From: a virus
Taxonomy: Duplodnaviria > Caudoviricetes
Direction: 5' to 3' (one strand)
IMG/VR virus record: IMGVR_UViG_2974508059_000001
Coordinates: 128,001-192,000 of that record
DNA: 64,000 bases
Shown here piece after piece: positions 19,101 to 29,116 of this stretch (its first letter is position 1; every line of letters starts with the position of its first letter). The translations under genes and the position numbers were made by a program. The notes beneath the pieces were generated by a model. That model did no database searches. It had not been told where the DNA came from and saw only the letters and a program-made list of their open reading frames with translations.

Positions 19101-21253
19101 GCCACACGGTAACTGTCGTTCGCCAGTCGGGTGCGCAGCAGATACACTTTACTGCCGTAGACCACGAGGTCATCCGTTTCCCCGGCGGGCACCATTGCCG
19201 CATTACTGCCTGCCACATCCATGATGGTCGGGAACGTCACTCGCACCACATTCAGGTGGCGATTGTGGTCGGCTGTCCCGGCGAGGTCAACGAGGTAATA
19301 CGCCCCGTCGCTGCCTAAACAGATAAGGGCATCCTGCCCCGGCACCACCACTGCACTGAGTGTCACCCCCGGGTACTTGGTGGTCATCCCGGCTGGCTGA
19401 TAGCGCTGTGAAGTTTGTTGGACGTTGCTGAGCGTGTTGTCGTCGTTAAAGGTACCGTAAGCGTAATAGATGTGGCGATCAGTCAGACCGTCCGTTCCGT
19501 TACGCAGAATATACAACCGGTCCCCTTCAAAACGCATCGCCCCGTAGAACTGGCTGTTGTTCTTGCCATACCCTTCGTAGTTACCCTGTGCCGGGATAGG
19601 CAGGAACCCGAGGTTGCCGTACGACGCCCCAATAACCGCCCACGTTGGAATCAGACCGTTGGCTTTGCTTTCCAAATCCGCCAAAGTCTTCTCAAAGAGA
19701 TACCCCTGTTTAGCCGTCACCACACGGTCTGTGCTGGCATCGATAATATCCCAGAGTAACACCAAGCCGGCTGCCGAAGAGCTGGCGTAGGGTACGTTGG
19801 TCACGTCTGCGAGGGTATGGGTGTGGTTGGTCAGGGATTTGTTGGCCACGGCGGCGGTTAACGCTTTGGTTACCGGCTTATCAAGCGGTGCGGTGTTCTG
19901 CATCTTCTCGACACCGACGTCCGCAGGCGTCAGGGTTAAGGTCTGGTCTGCATCAAAACCTTTGCCGTTGACGGTGTAAGTGTCATCGACGTAGTTCCCC
20001 AGCAAATCCCGCATCGCGGTAATACCCGCCTGTGAAATTGCATAACCGTCACTGAGTGAGGTACGGTTGGACGTGACCTTGATCAGACCCCGCACCCCCA
20101 CTGAGGCTTCGGGCAGGTTCGCTTCCAGACGGAACGGGGCGTAGGACTTGCCTGACCCGTAGACCTTCACGGTTTCCGTAGAGGACATGTACGCGTTAGC
20201 TGCTTTGAGTTTCACCTCGTGCAGGTACATCTCCACCATGTCGGGTGTAATCAAATACACCCCGTTGAAGACCGGAGCCAATGCATCAGGGCCCGAGTGC
20301 ACCATTAAGGTGTTCAGCCCCGCTGACATCTCCACCGCCACACCCGGGTTCGTGTTCGCACTGTCTGCGGTGAACCGTAAAGTCTTTTTGGTGGAGACCA
20401 ACACGTTCGGCCCTTTGAAGGTGATAACGTGGTCGTTGTTGGCGGTGGTGTACGTCAGGACATTGTTGTTGAGAACACGCAAGCGACCGAACACGTCATT
20501 AAACGCGGTGTCGTTACGCATCAGCAAATCAACGTGCTTTTGCTGCAAACCGGTTGTGGCCATCAGGGTCACGAGCTGGTCAATGGTGCGACCAAATGCC
20601 CGGGTGGCGTCCACGGCTTTATCCGTGACCTTCAAGGCCCCGATGTCATCCGCAGTGTACGAATGCCCGTGGGACTTCAGCAGGTGGTGCTGATACATCC
20701 CATCGTCGAACACTTTCTTGCCGGTTTGATAGATGAGCTCAGTGACTTCACTGTACGCGGCATCCATGTCCCCTGCCCGCTTAATCAGGCCCAAACGAAT
20801 GTCATTTAACGCGGAGACAATCTCATCGCGGGCAATGGCTTCGTCCAAGTCCTGTGGCGGGTCGATAGCTGGAATGGTCGGCGCATAGCGCATCAACGCA
20901 GACCAGTCTTCGTTACGGGGGTCTTTCAGGTCACTGCTGACCAGCCATTTGCCAATCTCGCTCTGCGGTACGCGGTAATCACGCCCCACAGCGTAGATGC
21001 TGTATTTGATGGCATCGTGGTTCAGCAGCATTATCCCGCCAAACACCGCGGCTTGGAATGCCTCAGCGGCTTCTTTGTAATAGTAGCCGAGGTAATAGTC
21101 CATGCCCTCGATAAGCGGGACATCATTTAAATCGGTGATAACCAGCCCGGTGCGGTAGAAAGGGCCTTCCGGCGGAATAACCGTATTGAAACGGTTTGGG
21201 AACGTCGAGACTTTCAACGTGCCTTCAAACTGGGCCGGGGTTTCCGTCGCCAT
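16166..21253 (-). CDS. Large tail-fibre-like virion protein
   Basis: 1695 aa. GPFY..G.DY N-domain, HTH motif, NTAPLDKPV fibre repeat, beta-rich C-terminus. Confidence 0.7.
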   Translation of the reverse strand: MATETPAQFEGTLKVSTFPNRFNTVIPPEGPFYRTGLVITDLNDVPLIEGMDYYLGYYYKEAAEAFQAAVFGGIMLLNHDAIKYSIYAVGRDYRVPQSEIGKWLVSSDLKDPRNEDWSALMRYAPTIPAIDPPQDLDEAIARDEIVSALNDIRLGLIKRAGDMDAAYSEVTELIYQTGKKVFDDGMYQHHLLKSHGHSYTADDIGALKVTDKAVDATRAFGRTIDQLVTLMATTGLQQKHVDLLMRNDTAFNDVFGRLRVLNNNVLTYTTANNDHVITFKGPNVLVSTKKTLRFTADSANTNPGVAVEMSAGLNTLMVHSGPDALAPVFNGVYLITPDMVEMYLHEVKLKAANAYMSSTETVKVYGSGKSYAPFRLEANLPEASVGVRGLIKVTSNRTSLSDGYAISQAGITAMRDLLGNYVDDTYTVNGKGFDADQTLTLTPADVGVEKMQNTAPLDKPVTKALTAAVANKSLTNHTHTLADVTNVPYASSSAAGLVLLWDIIDASTDRVVTAKQGYLFEKTLADLESKANGLIPTWAVIGASYGNLGFLPIPAQGNYEGYGKNNSQFYGAMRFEGDRLYILRNGTDGLTDRHIYYAYGTFNDDNTLSNVQQTSQRYQPAGMTTKYPGVTLSAVVVPGQDALICLGSDGAYYLVDLAGTADHNRHLNVVRVTFPTIMDVAGSNAAMVPAGETDDLVVYGSKVYLLRTRLANDSYRVALASVSLNSIGAQDVAFTLETLNGMKGVAGSWLLLRAEGGYDTANTETDRVAYISPAALSTFTVGRNLVHGPTCNRVLGQEDEVLRVAMTPTIWLAKATESLSFKNWYTTFTLDFDTLTVTLEHPEIFPLQLLDTGAKYKTGVDLLTTNYPLKWTGTQANQRAFVAHHDDKVAVLSVGNDSDVPVQIVTMGVPGGGDHYDSLSADVTTGAVVGNTTKLDQGRGSVYASGMAYPLFFGGDSKAIWLTGTKDALCVEVLYSTDTDYDVPGYGGFGPTNNRRVITTATYAAMSQLAMVKVNAADKGTLNGCFFTKPETVQYKNVTGNPNFTADKLTLNDTEWAKVRSIMLANAPAGAANGYASERLMAADQIGKLYVALWGFAIGTPQQLFLGQATAQRFVDGVNKIDHYYFVMYPSVSNGILAFSSSTLQLLTFQNDLDLNIANVGLDFSFGGKDRRFGQPQLVSNDGQKFVLYLPSVLRIAQVGNGGALNFRAVLTLTGNQWTSSTGALGLDRPTYSPNTWVWVKDLNAMVNSYFKLDPVFSSGDAYPIADFMASPFGSPANAQPVVLAGVKTAEGWILYLTESERLFINSKEYVLDQYSIDFSSAFSDYRNQTFYFHAEVYPDEGTTKARYRVSTERYPDSSNLLYVGYVKTDSSRIIEENITPVKRLGAVRQLEEHEGVAYSHGSNVVRERAESPLGLLEPLPIATSGDGYVGQSALSLAVGSLLSRPLINRYVPASQPWYSGAVLPELFWAPARAVAVTAAENPDANALGLIWIDINPRTIPGYGTYATKFKVTTTGGTLRLKFAVDDMCHVYIDGVRVASGITSKGSNALATQDFPVSNGQHTVGIEVIQAGTAGGTICHIAFIAYDWNGTTQRELIRSSGTSVVAFTSDQGTQSGNLNVLETVSHVYVPVADTTGVVSVVAPEISYCPPFLERANGSNREVVVASKFFGPDGKMVTLGEVTINLMLIPTSNLSS

Positions 21254-21340
21254 GTGTAAACTCCCACTTCTTAAAGAAAACGGAAGCCGTCCCCCGAGAG
21301 GGACGGCGCTTACGGACGGGTTGTCCGTAAGGACTTCCCG

Positions 21341-24300
21341 TTAGTTCCAAACACCGAGGTCGGTGCTGACCCCTTCTTCTGTTCGCATGATGCCCGTGAC
21401 CCAGTCCCACATTGCGGTGGTCAGGTTAAACGGATGGTATTTGCACAGGAAGAGGGTTGGGGCAGTGTCTTCCATCACCACAACCGCAGCATCGTCATTA
21501 AAGTCGATGGTGCCCACAGTCTGTGCCCCGCTCTTAAAGATAAGTGTGGACTCTAAGAAGAACGGGCTGGCAATGGCCAGTGGGACAAACTCAATGTACA
21601 ACAAATCACCGGCAAAGCCTGTGACCGTTGGCGTCAAACGACTGCTTGCCACGGCCCCGTTCTGCGGGCTGTTGTTGTGCACCGATTTCCCATTGACATA
21701 ACTGCGGAAGTTGTAATTGGCGTTTACCGTCCAATCCAGCGCATCGAAGTCCGCAGGGGCTTCCACGACCAAGGCAAAGCGTCGGCTGTACGCAGCGCCC
21801 CGATAAGGGTTGGCTGTGCTTGACCAGACTTTCGCCCGGGTAATCTCGGCACCCACACGCTGTTTCGACAGGATACGATCCGGATGTGCTACCAACGGAC
21901 TGTACTTACTGCGGGACGGCATAACCGCATTACCGGCAGTGGGCAGTCCGATAAACTCCGTTGCCCCCGACAGTGCTGCCCAGTTTGCAGGTATCCCACC
22001 ACTGAGTAACTTCTGAACCACTCCACGACCATTCCCCTGTACCGCGTAATCGTTGGCACGGGTGTAGGCTTCAAAGAGGCTACGGAAGTAACTGTAGTTG
22101 TGGTAATCGGCAGACGGGTAGATACCGGCATGCAGGATATGCTGACTTGTGGAGGCCAGCTCCTTACGGTTAAAGCCCACAAAGCCATTCATGCAATCCC
22201 GAACATCAAACGGCAGTTCGTACGTAACTTTGCGAATAATCGGTGTTGACCGGTTGTCCTCAAACCGCACCAGTTCCACACGCAAGGTGTTGGTCTTCGG
22301 TACGTAGCGGTAACGCACGATATAACGCGACGCTCCTGTCTCCTTGACTTCCTCACCCCAAACACTCGGGTCAGTTGCCTCCACCAAACTCATGTCGTAC
22401 GGGTGCACATCGAACGGCGTAACCGCCGGTGCTGCACGGTTAGCACTGTTGGCAGCGTTTACGGGCAACTCCGGCATGTACCCATATTCGGCCTCATTGG
22501 TGAACACGTTGATGTGGAAGAATTTGTGCTGACCGTTACGCGCTTTCTGTGCAAAGGTCAGCCACAAGTCCAACTGGGTGTTACCCAGCACACGACGAAT
22601 CGGAATATACAGCGCCAGTGAGCCCTCGTACGTGAGCAGGTTGTTCTCATACGGGTTCGCCGGGGTCATCCACTGCTGCGGACCACTGTACCGGGTATCC
22701 ATCCACATCGTCAGGGGGCCGGTACCGTCAACCGTCGGTTTGAGTGTGAGCACACTCGCTGCGAGGTTTGCTGTACCCGCCACACCCGCCACAATGTAGT
22801 CAGGTTTGTCGGAGGCAATGGGCAGACGTTTCATCCCCGGGTTATCCGAGAGATACCAGTCACTCGACTCAGGGACATGTGCCGGAATCAGATTCTGGTG
22901 CGTACCCATCTCTTGGAACTGACCAAAGTCTGCCACCGTGTCAAACTCAACCGTTGTCGTGGTCATTCCTGCCGGACCACAATCCACATACCCGACGTAG
23001 GTCTGGGTAATGCTGATGTCGTTGGAGGCAATCGGTTCAGCACGACCAAACAGTGAATTGGTGCTCATGTTGAGATACACAAAGTGGCGATTGTTACGCG
23101 GGTTGATAAACTCGCTTAACTGGGCCAGCTTCGTATCAGGCGATGATGCCACGATAGGATAGTTGTTATCCCAAATCTCAAATGCCAATGCTGCCGGTTT
23201 GGTGCTGTCGTTGCAATCCGCCCGTAAGGCGACCGTGTGCACCGGGGATGCCGTATCCACATCAAATACCCCGTCAACCGTCGGCGCACCGGAAGTCACG
23301 AGGGTGCCGTTGATGTAAACACTGATGTTTCCCCCGGCCGAGGCGATCACCCTCAGACGGCCTGAGGAGCACGCTACGCGCTCTTTAGCCAGAACTGAGA
23401 TAATGGACAGATCGCCCTGCTGCGAGGCGCTGAGGCCGATTGTGCGTGCGTATAAAGGAAGTGTGGTGGCACTGGAGGTTAAGGCCAACTGCGTATTGTG
23501 CAGAACACCCTTTGCCCAGTTACGCTCGATGACATTCGTCGGCTGGTACCAGTTGAACATCGGGGTGGTTTCCAAGTTCACTGACCCGGTTACCCGGCCT
23601 TCTTTGCGACCACCGTTGGCCATGTAGAAGTATTTCAAGTCCTGCACTGACAACGCCAGCTTGGAACTCGCTACCGACCACGTTGCCCCGCCAATCACCG
23701 CATAGTCCGTCACGGCTTTGGGGTTGGCCCCTTTGAGGTTCTCTGCCACGGCTGCCAGTTGCAGCTGCAGTTGATACAACACATTGGGTGCCACACCCCG
23801 ACCGTCTGCCAGCGAGGCTTCGGTTGGCGCAATACGAATCACCCCAAGGTCGGCTTCAGTAGCATTCGGGATATTGAGGGAGGCCCACGCATGTTTGTGG
23901 CCTTTGTCAGACTTGCCCGCGAGTGCGGTTTGCAAATCACCTGACAACGGTTTGTCCACATCCGCGGTGTTGTCCGCATCCCCTAACCCGATATCCGCTT
24001 TACTGAGGACACGGGCACCGTCGTCCATGGCCACCGAGTTCAGTCGGGTCGCTTTCGGGACGAACTGCCCAAGCGTCGTATCGTACGCTGCCACTGCACC
24101 CGGGGTGACTGCTTGTCCGGTTGCCACATCGCTCTTCGCAGTCACCAATGTCACCGCGCCGTCGGTTGTGGTCGTGGCATCCGGCAGGGTGACGTTCCAT
24201 TTCACCGGGTCGGCTTTAGAGCCTTTCCCACTCGGGGTCAAGCCTTGCGTTTCAGACTGGACGTAAAGCTTGGAGTCATCCGGGTCAGTTCCGCCCCCGT

Positions 24301-25375
24301 CATCTTCGGCTTGGTAGTCCATCAGCGTAGTGGTGGTCAGTAGGGTTACCCCATTCACCGAGAGCTTATCCATGCCGAGTGCGTTGCCTGAAGACTCGAT
24401 ACGCATGACGTTCGAACCCGCGACCCATTCGAAATACGCCACATCGCCTTTATAGCCTGCCCGCAGTGCAATCCCACCCGTGGTGGTCAGGTCAAAGCCG
24501 GTGTCCGTAAAGAGCACGCTGGACGCCCCGTTCTTGGATTTAAAGAGTGGACGGTTGGCCTGTACCAACTGCACAAACGTACCTTGGATGTCTTTAAACG
24601 CCCACGTCTCGATATACTTGTCGATATCGGACTGCTGCAAACCCAGTGCCCGAATCTCTGCGGTTAACTCCCGCAGGGTTTTCCCGTAGGCGAGGAAGGT
24701 ATCCGCCGCTTTCAGGGAAATCGGGTGTGCCCCCATTTGGGTGACATTGGTTCCGTGGGGGTTTTTGGCATTGACGTGTGACGGATAATCGAAGGCTTCA
24801 ATCTCTGTGTGCAGACTTTCGACGGTGACTTTCAGCTGGTCAAGTTTGGCTTTGATTTGATCGTTGGCCGAACCGGCATCGAGTTCCACGTCATGAATCG
24901 CAGACGCCACGTACTTCTTGTTCAGCAGGTCATGCCACGAGGTGGCTGCCGGCATCACGGGATACAAAGAAGGGCGGTTGTCCACATTCAGCCAGCGTGC
25001 ACTGGTTGGGTTGTTCAAATACTTCACTAACGTGTCGAAGGATTCCAACAGTCCGTCGTAATACGTCCCGCCCAAGTGCTGACCGGTGAAAATCAGTGAG
25101 CCCTTGATGGCCGGGTTAATCACGTTAACCCCGCAGAACACCGGACTGGCCACTGAGTCGTCCAGCTCTGTCAGCTGATAAGCCAACTCGTAATCGACGC
25201 CCTGAGTCAGAGGGTTAGAGGCAGTTGCCTGCCTCACGGAAAACCCAGACTGGAAGAACGGACGGTGCTGGAGTACCAGCACACGTTCCGAGGCGATGTC
25301 CGATTCGAGAATACGCTCCTCAGTAAACTGATTGGTCTTGGCGGTGCCTTTCCAATCGTAAGGAATCGCACTCAT
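21341..25375 (-). CDS. Large tail-fibre-like virion protein
   Basis: 1344 aa. PFF..GVDY N-domain, NPHG, DIGLGDADNTADVDKPLS and HKH motifs. Confidence 0.7.
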   Translation of the reverse strand: MSAIPYDWKGTAKTNQFTEERILESDIASERVLVLQHRPFFQSGFSVRQATASNPLTQGVDYELAYQLTELDDSVASPVFCGVNVINPAIKGSLIFTGQHLGGTYYDGLLESFDTLVKYLNNPTSARWLNVDNRPSLYPVMPAATSWHDLLNKKYVASAIHDVELDAGSANDQIKAKLDQLKVTVESLHTEIEAFDYPSHVNAKNPHGTNVTQMGAHPISLKAADTFLAYGKTLRELTAEIRALGLQQSDIDKYIETWAFKDIQGTFVQLVQANRPLFKSKNGASSVLFTDTGFDLTTTGGIALRAGYKGDVAYFEWVAGSNVMRIESSGNALGMDKLSVNGVTLLTTTTLMDYQAEDDGGGTDPDDSKLYVQSETQGLTPSGKGSKADPVKWNVTLPDATTTTDGAVTLVTAKSDVATGQAVTPGAVAAYDTTLGQFVPKATRLNSVAMDDGARVLSKADIGLGDADNTADVDKPLSGDLQTALAGKSDKGHKHAWASLNIPNATEADLGVIRIAPTEASLADGRGVAPNVLYQLQLQLAAVAENLKGANPKAVTDYAVIGGATWSVASSKLALSVQDLKYFYMANGGRKEGRVTGSVNLETTPMFNWYQPTNVIERNWAKGVLHNTQLALTSSATTLPLYARTIGLSASQQGDLSIISVLAKERVACSSGRLRVIASAGGNISVYINGTLVTSGAPTVDGVFDVDTASPVHTVALRADCNDSTKPAALAFEIWDNNYPIVASSPDTKLAQLSEFINPRNNRHFVYLNMSTNSLFGRAEPIASNDISITQTYVGYVDCGPAGMTTTTVEFDTVADFGQFQEMGTHQNLIPAHVPESSDWYLSDNPGMKRLPIASDKPDYIVAGVAGTANLAASVLTLKPTVDGTGPLTMWMDTRYSGPQQWMTPANPYENNLLTYEGSLALYIPIRRVLGNTQLDLWLTFAQKARNGQHKFFHINVFTNEAEYGYMPELPVNAANSANRAAPAVTPFDVHPYDMSLVEATDPSVWGEEVKETGASRYIVRYRYVPKTNTLRVELVRFEDNRSTPIIRKVTYELPFDVRDCMNGFVGFNRKELASTSQHILHAGIYPSADYHNYSYFRSLFEAYTRANDYAVQGNGRGVVQKLLSGGIPANWAALSGATEFIGLPTAGNAVMPSRSKYSPLVAHPDRILSKQRVGAEITRAKVWSSTANPYRGAAYSRRFALVVEAPADFDALDWTVNANYNFRSYVNGKSVHNNSPQNGAVASSRLTPTVTGFAGDLLYIEFVPLAIASPFFLESTLIFKSGAQTVGTIDFNDDAAVVVMEDTAPTLFLCKYHPFNLTTAMWDWVTGIMRTEEGVSTDLGVWN

Positions 25376-25385
25376 TTAGTTCTCC

Positions 25386-28300
25386 TTAATCACGAAGCAC
25401 CACGCCGGTGTATCGTTTATTCACTTTGTCGGTGTAAAGGATGAGGTCAGCCGTGGAGATGAAGCGCGGAATGCCACTGTAGTGCGTGTCGGTGTTTGCT
25501 TTCACAATCGCCGTTCGCAGTTGGGTGTCAGTCATGGCCAGCATCTCGGTGGTCAGCACGCCTTCAATGTACCGTGCACGTTCCAGACCCGAGAAGTTTT
25601 CTACAAAAGAAACGAGGGTGTTGTAAACGTTGTTGTCCGACATTGCAGCCGGGGCGTCAACGCGACAACGGAACAGGCCACTAAAGCTCCCACCAACGCC
25701 GTAGTGACGTTTTAGGTTAACATTGGTAGCTTCGGCTAAGGTAATGCCTGCGGCGCTGAGACGGCTGTTCAGGTCGATTGTCTGCGTACCCATGGTGAGC
25801 ACACCGGTAGCGAGGTTTAAGGTCACCACCGCACTCGACGGTAACGACACCGTAAAGCGCAACGTCGCCGCATCCGCAAAGACTGCGACCGTGGCAAGCA
25901 GGCTGGCCCACGTGTTGGCATTGTTCACCGGGTAGTCAGACGCCCCGATGATAATCTGCTTGGGACTGCCGTAGTTAATGGCAAACCCTAAGTGGCACAG
26001 ATTACCGTTGACATCCGAGATGTAGTTCGAGCGACTCACCAACACCGAGAACCGGTTAAAGTTCCCGCGACTGTCAGTGAAGCCCAGCCCCATCACCTCG
26101 AACAGGGTGTCATCGTTTCCGGTGACATCGGTTGGGGTAAACGTGACGGACGCATCCTGCATCGCGTAGTAGGGGGTAATGCACTGCATGATAAGGTGGT
26201 CAGCAGCGTTGACACCGCCCGCACTGAAGACCAGACCCTCGTAGGCGGCGTTTAACGCACCCCAGCGCACGTTCTCACGGCTACGCCACCCATCCACACC
26301 ACGTGCCCGCCAATCGGCGTCACGACGCAGTGAACCCTTCATTCCGCCTACCCACTCTTCACCTTTGTTGTTAAAGGTAAAGCCGAACTCCGCCTGTGTC
26401 ATGGCCCGGTGACTATGGTCGTTTTTCGACGCCGCATGTTCGACCAGTTCACGGAACTCACCCAACCGCGTAACGTTGCTGATGGTTGAATCCAACACAC
26501 TGCTGTCATCCGTGGTAAAGCTGCCAATCTCCGTCAGCGTTGCCGACTCAGGAAGCTTGGTCAAACTCACCCGGTACAACCCGGCATTGTTCACAACGTC
26601 CACGTACACAAAGAACGTTTTGTTGCTGGGTGAAGACGTCAGCTGGGTCAGGTTAAAACTCCCCAGAGGCACATCGTAGCGCAGACGCACGAAATAGGTG
26701 TTGGCTTTGATGCTCACCATCCAACCCGATGCAGTTAACGCATTCGGAATGGCGGTTGCACCCGGGGTACCGTAACGGATGATGTCAATCACGGCACCGG
26801 AGTCAACACTGCCTGCGGTGGTGGCCAGAGTGTCGGTACGGGTCACCAACGGGGTCACGGCAGCAGCATCAAGTGCGGCCGTGTTATCGTCAACCAGCTT
26901 ACCGGTTTTCACCAACCCTTTAACCTTGTCCGTTCCCGCCACAATACCGAGCTGCGCCGGTGTGTGGGTATGGGTCGTGTCAGCGTACTTATCCAACTCC
27001 GTCTGCTGCGCGGTGGAAACCGGCAACAGGGTATCCGGGGTGTTGGACACGGCACTCAGGTTAAAGGTGAGCTTGTCGATGGTCACAGACGAGGAGAGCG
27101 CCATACCGTTGATATTGGCTTTGGCTAACAACAACTTACCGGTGAACAGGGCATCGAGCTTACTGAGCAGCGCCGGGGTCGCCAGCAAGTCATCGCTGGT
27201 ACCGAAGTCCACGGTCAGTTTACGCAGTGCCGAGGTATCCCGGTTCGCGTTGCTCGGTGCTTGCCACTGCACCTTAAACGGCACGGTTTGAATCCCGTTA
27301 CCGTTAATGGTAAAGGTCGCGGTATTCTCGCCGTAAAACAGCCCATCCCCACTGCCTGTGACGCCCGGCAAATACGGAATCACGGTCGTCGGGTCAAGCA
27401 GAGGCTTACCTTTCCACTGCAACTTACGGCTGTCGCTGTACAACACCAGTTCGTTGGTACCCGCTTTTGCCGAGGCATTTTGGGTGGTCACATGCCGTTG
27501 GAAGGTTTTTGACAGAAGACGAATCATCTTGTCATCAACGGTACCAATGGTTTCCACACCGGCCGTTTCATTGGCAGCCGACGTTGATGTGATTTGACCC
27601 AAGCCCGGTTGCAGGGTGAACGCCCCCGGTACCGGAGTGTTGTTCCCGATACGCAGAATGCGGTTGTTCAGATCCGTTGCTTTTGGTAACAGGTTATTGA
27701 TGTACACGGCCAGTGCCGCTTGTGTGCGACCAAACGCCAAGGCCGAGTCAAAGGCAATGTCGTTTAACGGCAGTGCACCAATTGAACCCGGGGTATCTTC
27801 GTGCGGGTCGTTCGTGTCCCCCACGTGGTCGTGTGCCGGCGCACCACGGTACAACTCGTTGACAATCTCGGCGTAGTCTTTCAGTAATGCTAAGACCGGC
27901 GCGTTATCATCTGCGCTATACCCGTATCCCGGGAAGTCATTAAACGAGAACGTATCGTTAACGCCGACATCGAACTGCAAACGCAAATCAGTTGTGCGGT
28001 CACTGAGTTTCGAACGGACATTAAACAACGTCCATTCCGCAGAAACCGACGCCGGTGGGTTTTGGATATCCACCGTGTAGTTAAGAACAGTTTGCCCTTC
28101 CTGCGTCACAACCACCGACACTGTGTCGTGCGTCTTGCTGTTAATGACGGTAACCGTAAAGGGCTTGTTAAAGATAGCCAAGCCCTTCCCTGCTGCCGCA
28201 ATTGGGTAATAGGTATACGTGTTGTCACCGGCGTAGAGCGCCAGTTTCAAATCACCATCCATGTACCGCAGATGCAGACCAGCAAAGCCACTGCCCCAAT

Positions 28301-29048
28301 AATTGCGCAAAAGCATCGCAAAAATAGGCGGGGTCACTTGACTATACAACGACTTCAGATTGAAATTAACAATCAGCCGGTAATCGCCCATCCCGTTTGA
28401 ATTATACCCGGTAATGGTATAAAACGGCCCGGTGGGTTTCTTCTTAACCAAATAACTGAGGTCGTTCTGGTAAACCACTTCGCCACGACTGAAAAAACCT
28501 TCGTGGTTGGTTGTGGGTACAGACGAGGTGGTGTAGGGGTCAGGCAGGGCGGGTTTTTCGGCAATCTTCTTACCGATGGCCGCGATGGCCTGCATCAGTT
28601 CTAACTCACCTTGCCAGTTGGCTTTGTCGAATTGGATATCGACCGGGGGGAAATAGACTTCACCAATCACTTCTTCCCACTGGCAATCAACCGGGTACTT
28701 GTCGGCGTTTGCCTGACGTTCCGCTGCGATTTGTGCTGGGGTGGCGATACCACTACCAACTGCATGGTAGTCCACGGCAAAGTTATTGACGTAGTCTTCG
28801 TTGGTTATCCAGATGCTGGCATGGATGTTTCTGCCGGTGCGTTGGATGCCGGTCATGAAGCGATGCCCAAACACGTAGTCACGACCGAATTTCAGTGTTT
28901 TACCGTTAGAGGTAACCACGACAGAGCCGGTGTAAAAAGGGGCGTTTGCAGGAATGAGCACTCGGTACTTCGAACCGATAGGCGTTACCGCCTCTTGGGG
29001 AATGAGATTCCCGCTTTCTTTCTGATGTGGGTCAAAGACGACTGCCAT
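25386..29048 (-). CDS. Large tail-fibre-like virion protein
   Basis: 1220 aa. APFY..GRDY N-domain, NDPH and HTH motifs. Paralogous to its neighbours. Confidence 0.7.
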   Translation of the reverse strand: MAVVFDPHQKESGNLIPQEAVTPIGSKYRVLIPANAPFYTGSVVVTSNGKTLKFGRDYVFGHRFMTGIQRTGRNIHASIWITNEDYVNNFAVDYHAVGSGIATPAQIAAERQANADKYPVDCQWEEVIGEVYFPPVDIQFDKANWQGELELMQAIAAIGKKIAEKPALPDPYTTSSVPTTNHEGFFSRGEVVYQNDLSYLVKKKPTGPFYTITGYNSNGMGDYRLIVNFNLKSLYSQVTPPIFAMLLRNYWGSGFAGLHLRYMDGDLKLALYAGDNTYTYYPIAAAGKGLAIFNKPFTVTVINSKTHDTVSVVVTQEGQTVLNYTVDIQNPPASVSAEWTLFNVRSKLSDRTTDLRLQFDVGVNDTFSFNDFPGYGYSADDNAPVLALLKDYAEIVNELYRGAPAHDHVGDTNDPHEDTPGSIGALPLNDIAFDSALAFGRTQAALAVYINNLLPKATDLNNRILRIGNNTPVPGAFTLQPGLGQITSTSAANETAGVETIGTVDDKMIRLLSKTFQRHVTTQNASAKAGTNELVLYSDSRKLQWKGKPLLDPTTVIPYLPGVTGSGDGLFYGENTATFTINGNGIQTVPFKVQWQAPSNANRDTSALRKLTVDFGTSDDLLATPALLSKLDALFTGKLLLAKANINGMALSSSVTIDKLTFNLSAVSNTPDTLLPVSTAQQTELDKYADTTHTHTPAQLGIVAGTDKVKGLVKTGKLVDDNTAALDAAAVTPLVTRTDTLATTAGSVDSGAVIDIIRYGTPGATAIPNALTASGWMVSIKANTYFVRLRYDVPLGSFNLTQLTSSPSNKTFFVYVDVVNNAGLYRVSLTKLPESATLTEIGSFTTDDSSVLDSTISNVTRLGEFRELVEHAASKNDHSHRAMTQAEFGFTFNNKGEEWVGGMKGSLRRDADWRARGVDGWRSRENVRWGALNAAYEGLVFSAGGVNAADHLIMQCITPYYAMQDASVTFTPTDVTGNDDTLFEVMGLGFTDSRGNFNRFSVLVSRSNYISDVNGNLCHLGFAINYGSPKQIIIGASDYPVNNANTWASLLATVAVFADAATLRFTVSLPSSAVVTLNLATGVLTMGTQTIDLNSRLSAAGITLAEATNVNLKRHYGVGGSFSGLFRCRVDAPAAMSDNNVYNTLVSFVENFSGLERARYIEGVLTTEMLAMTDTQLRTAIVKANTDTHYSGIPRFISTADLILYTDKVNKRYTGVVLRD

Positions 29049-29116
29049 TATACACTCCTCTTATCACAAGGTCGTCGAGTTCATACTATGACCTTTACCC
29101 TTAGAGGAATTCGCCT

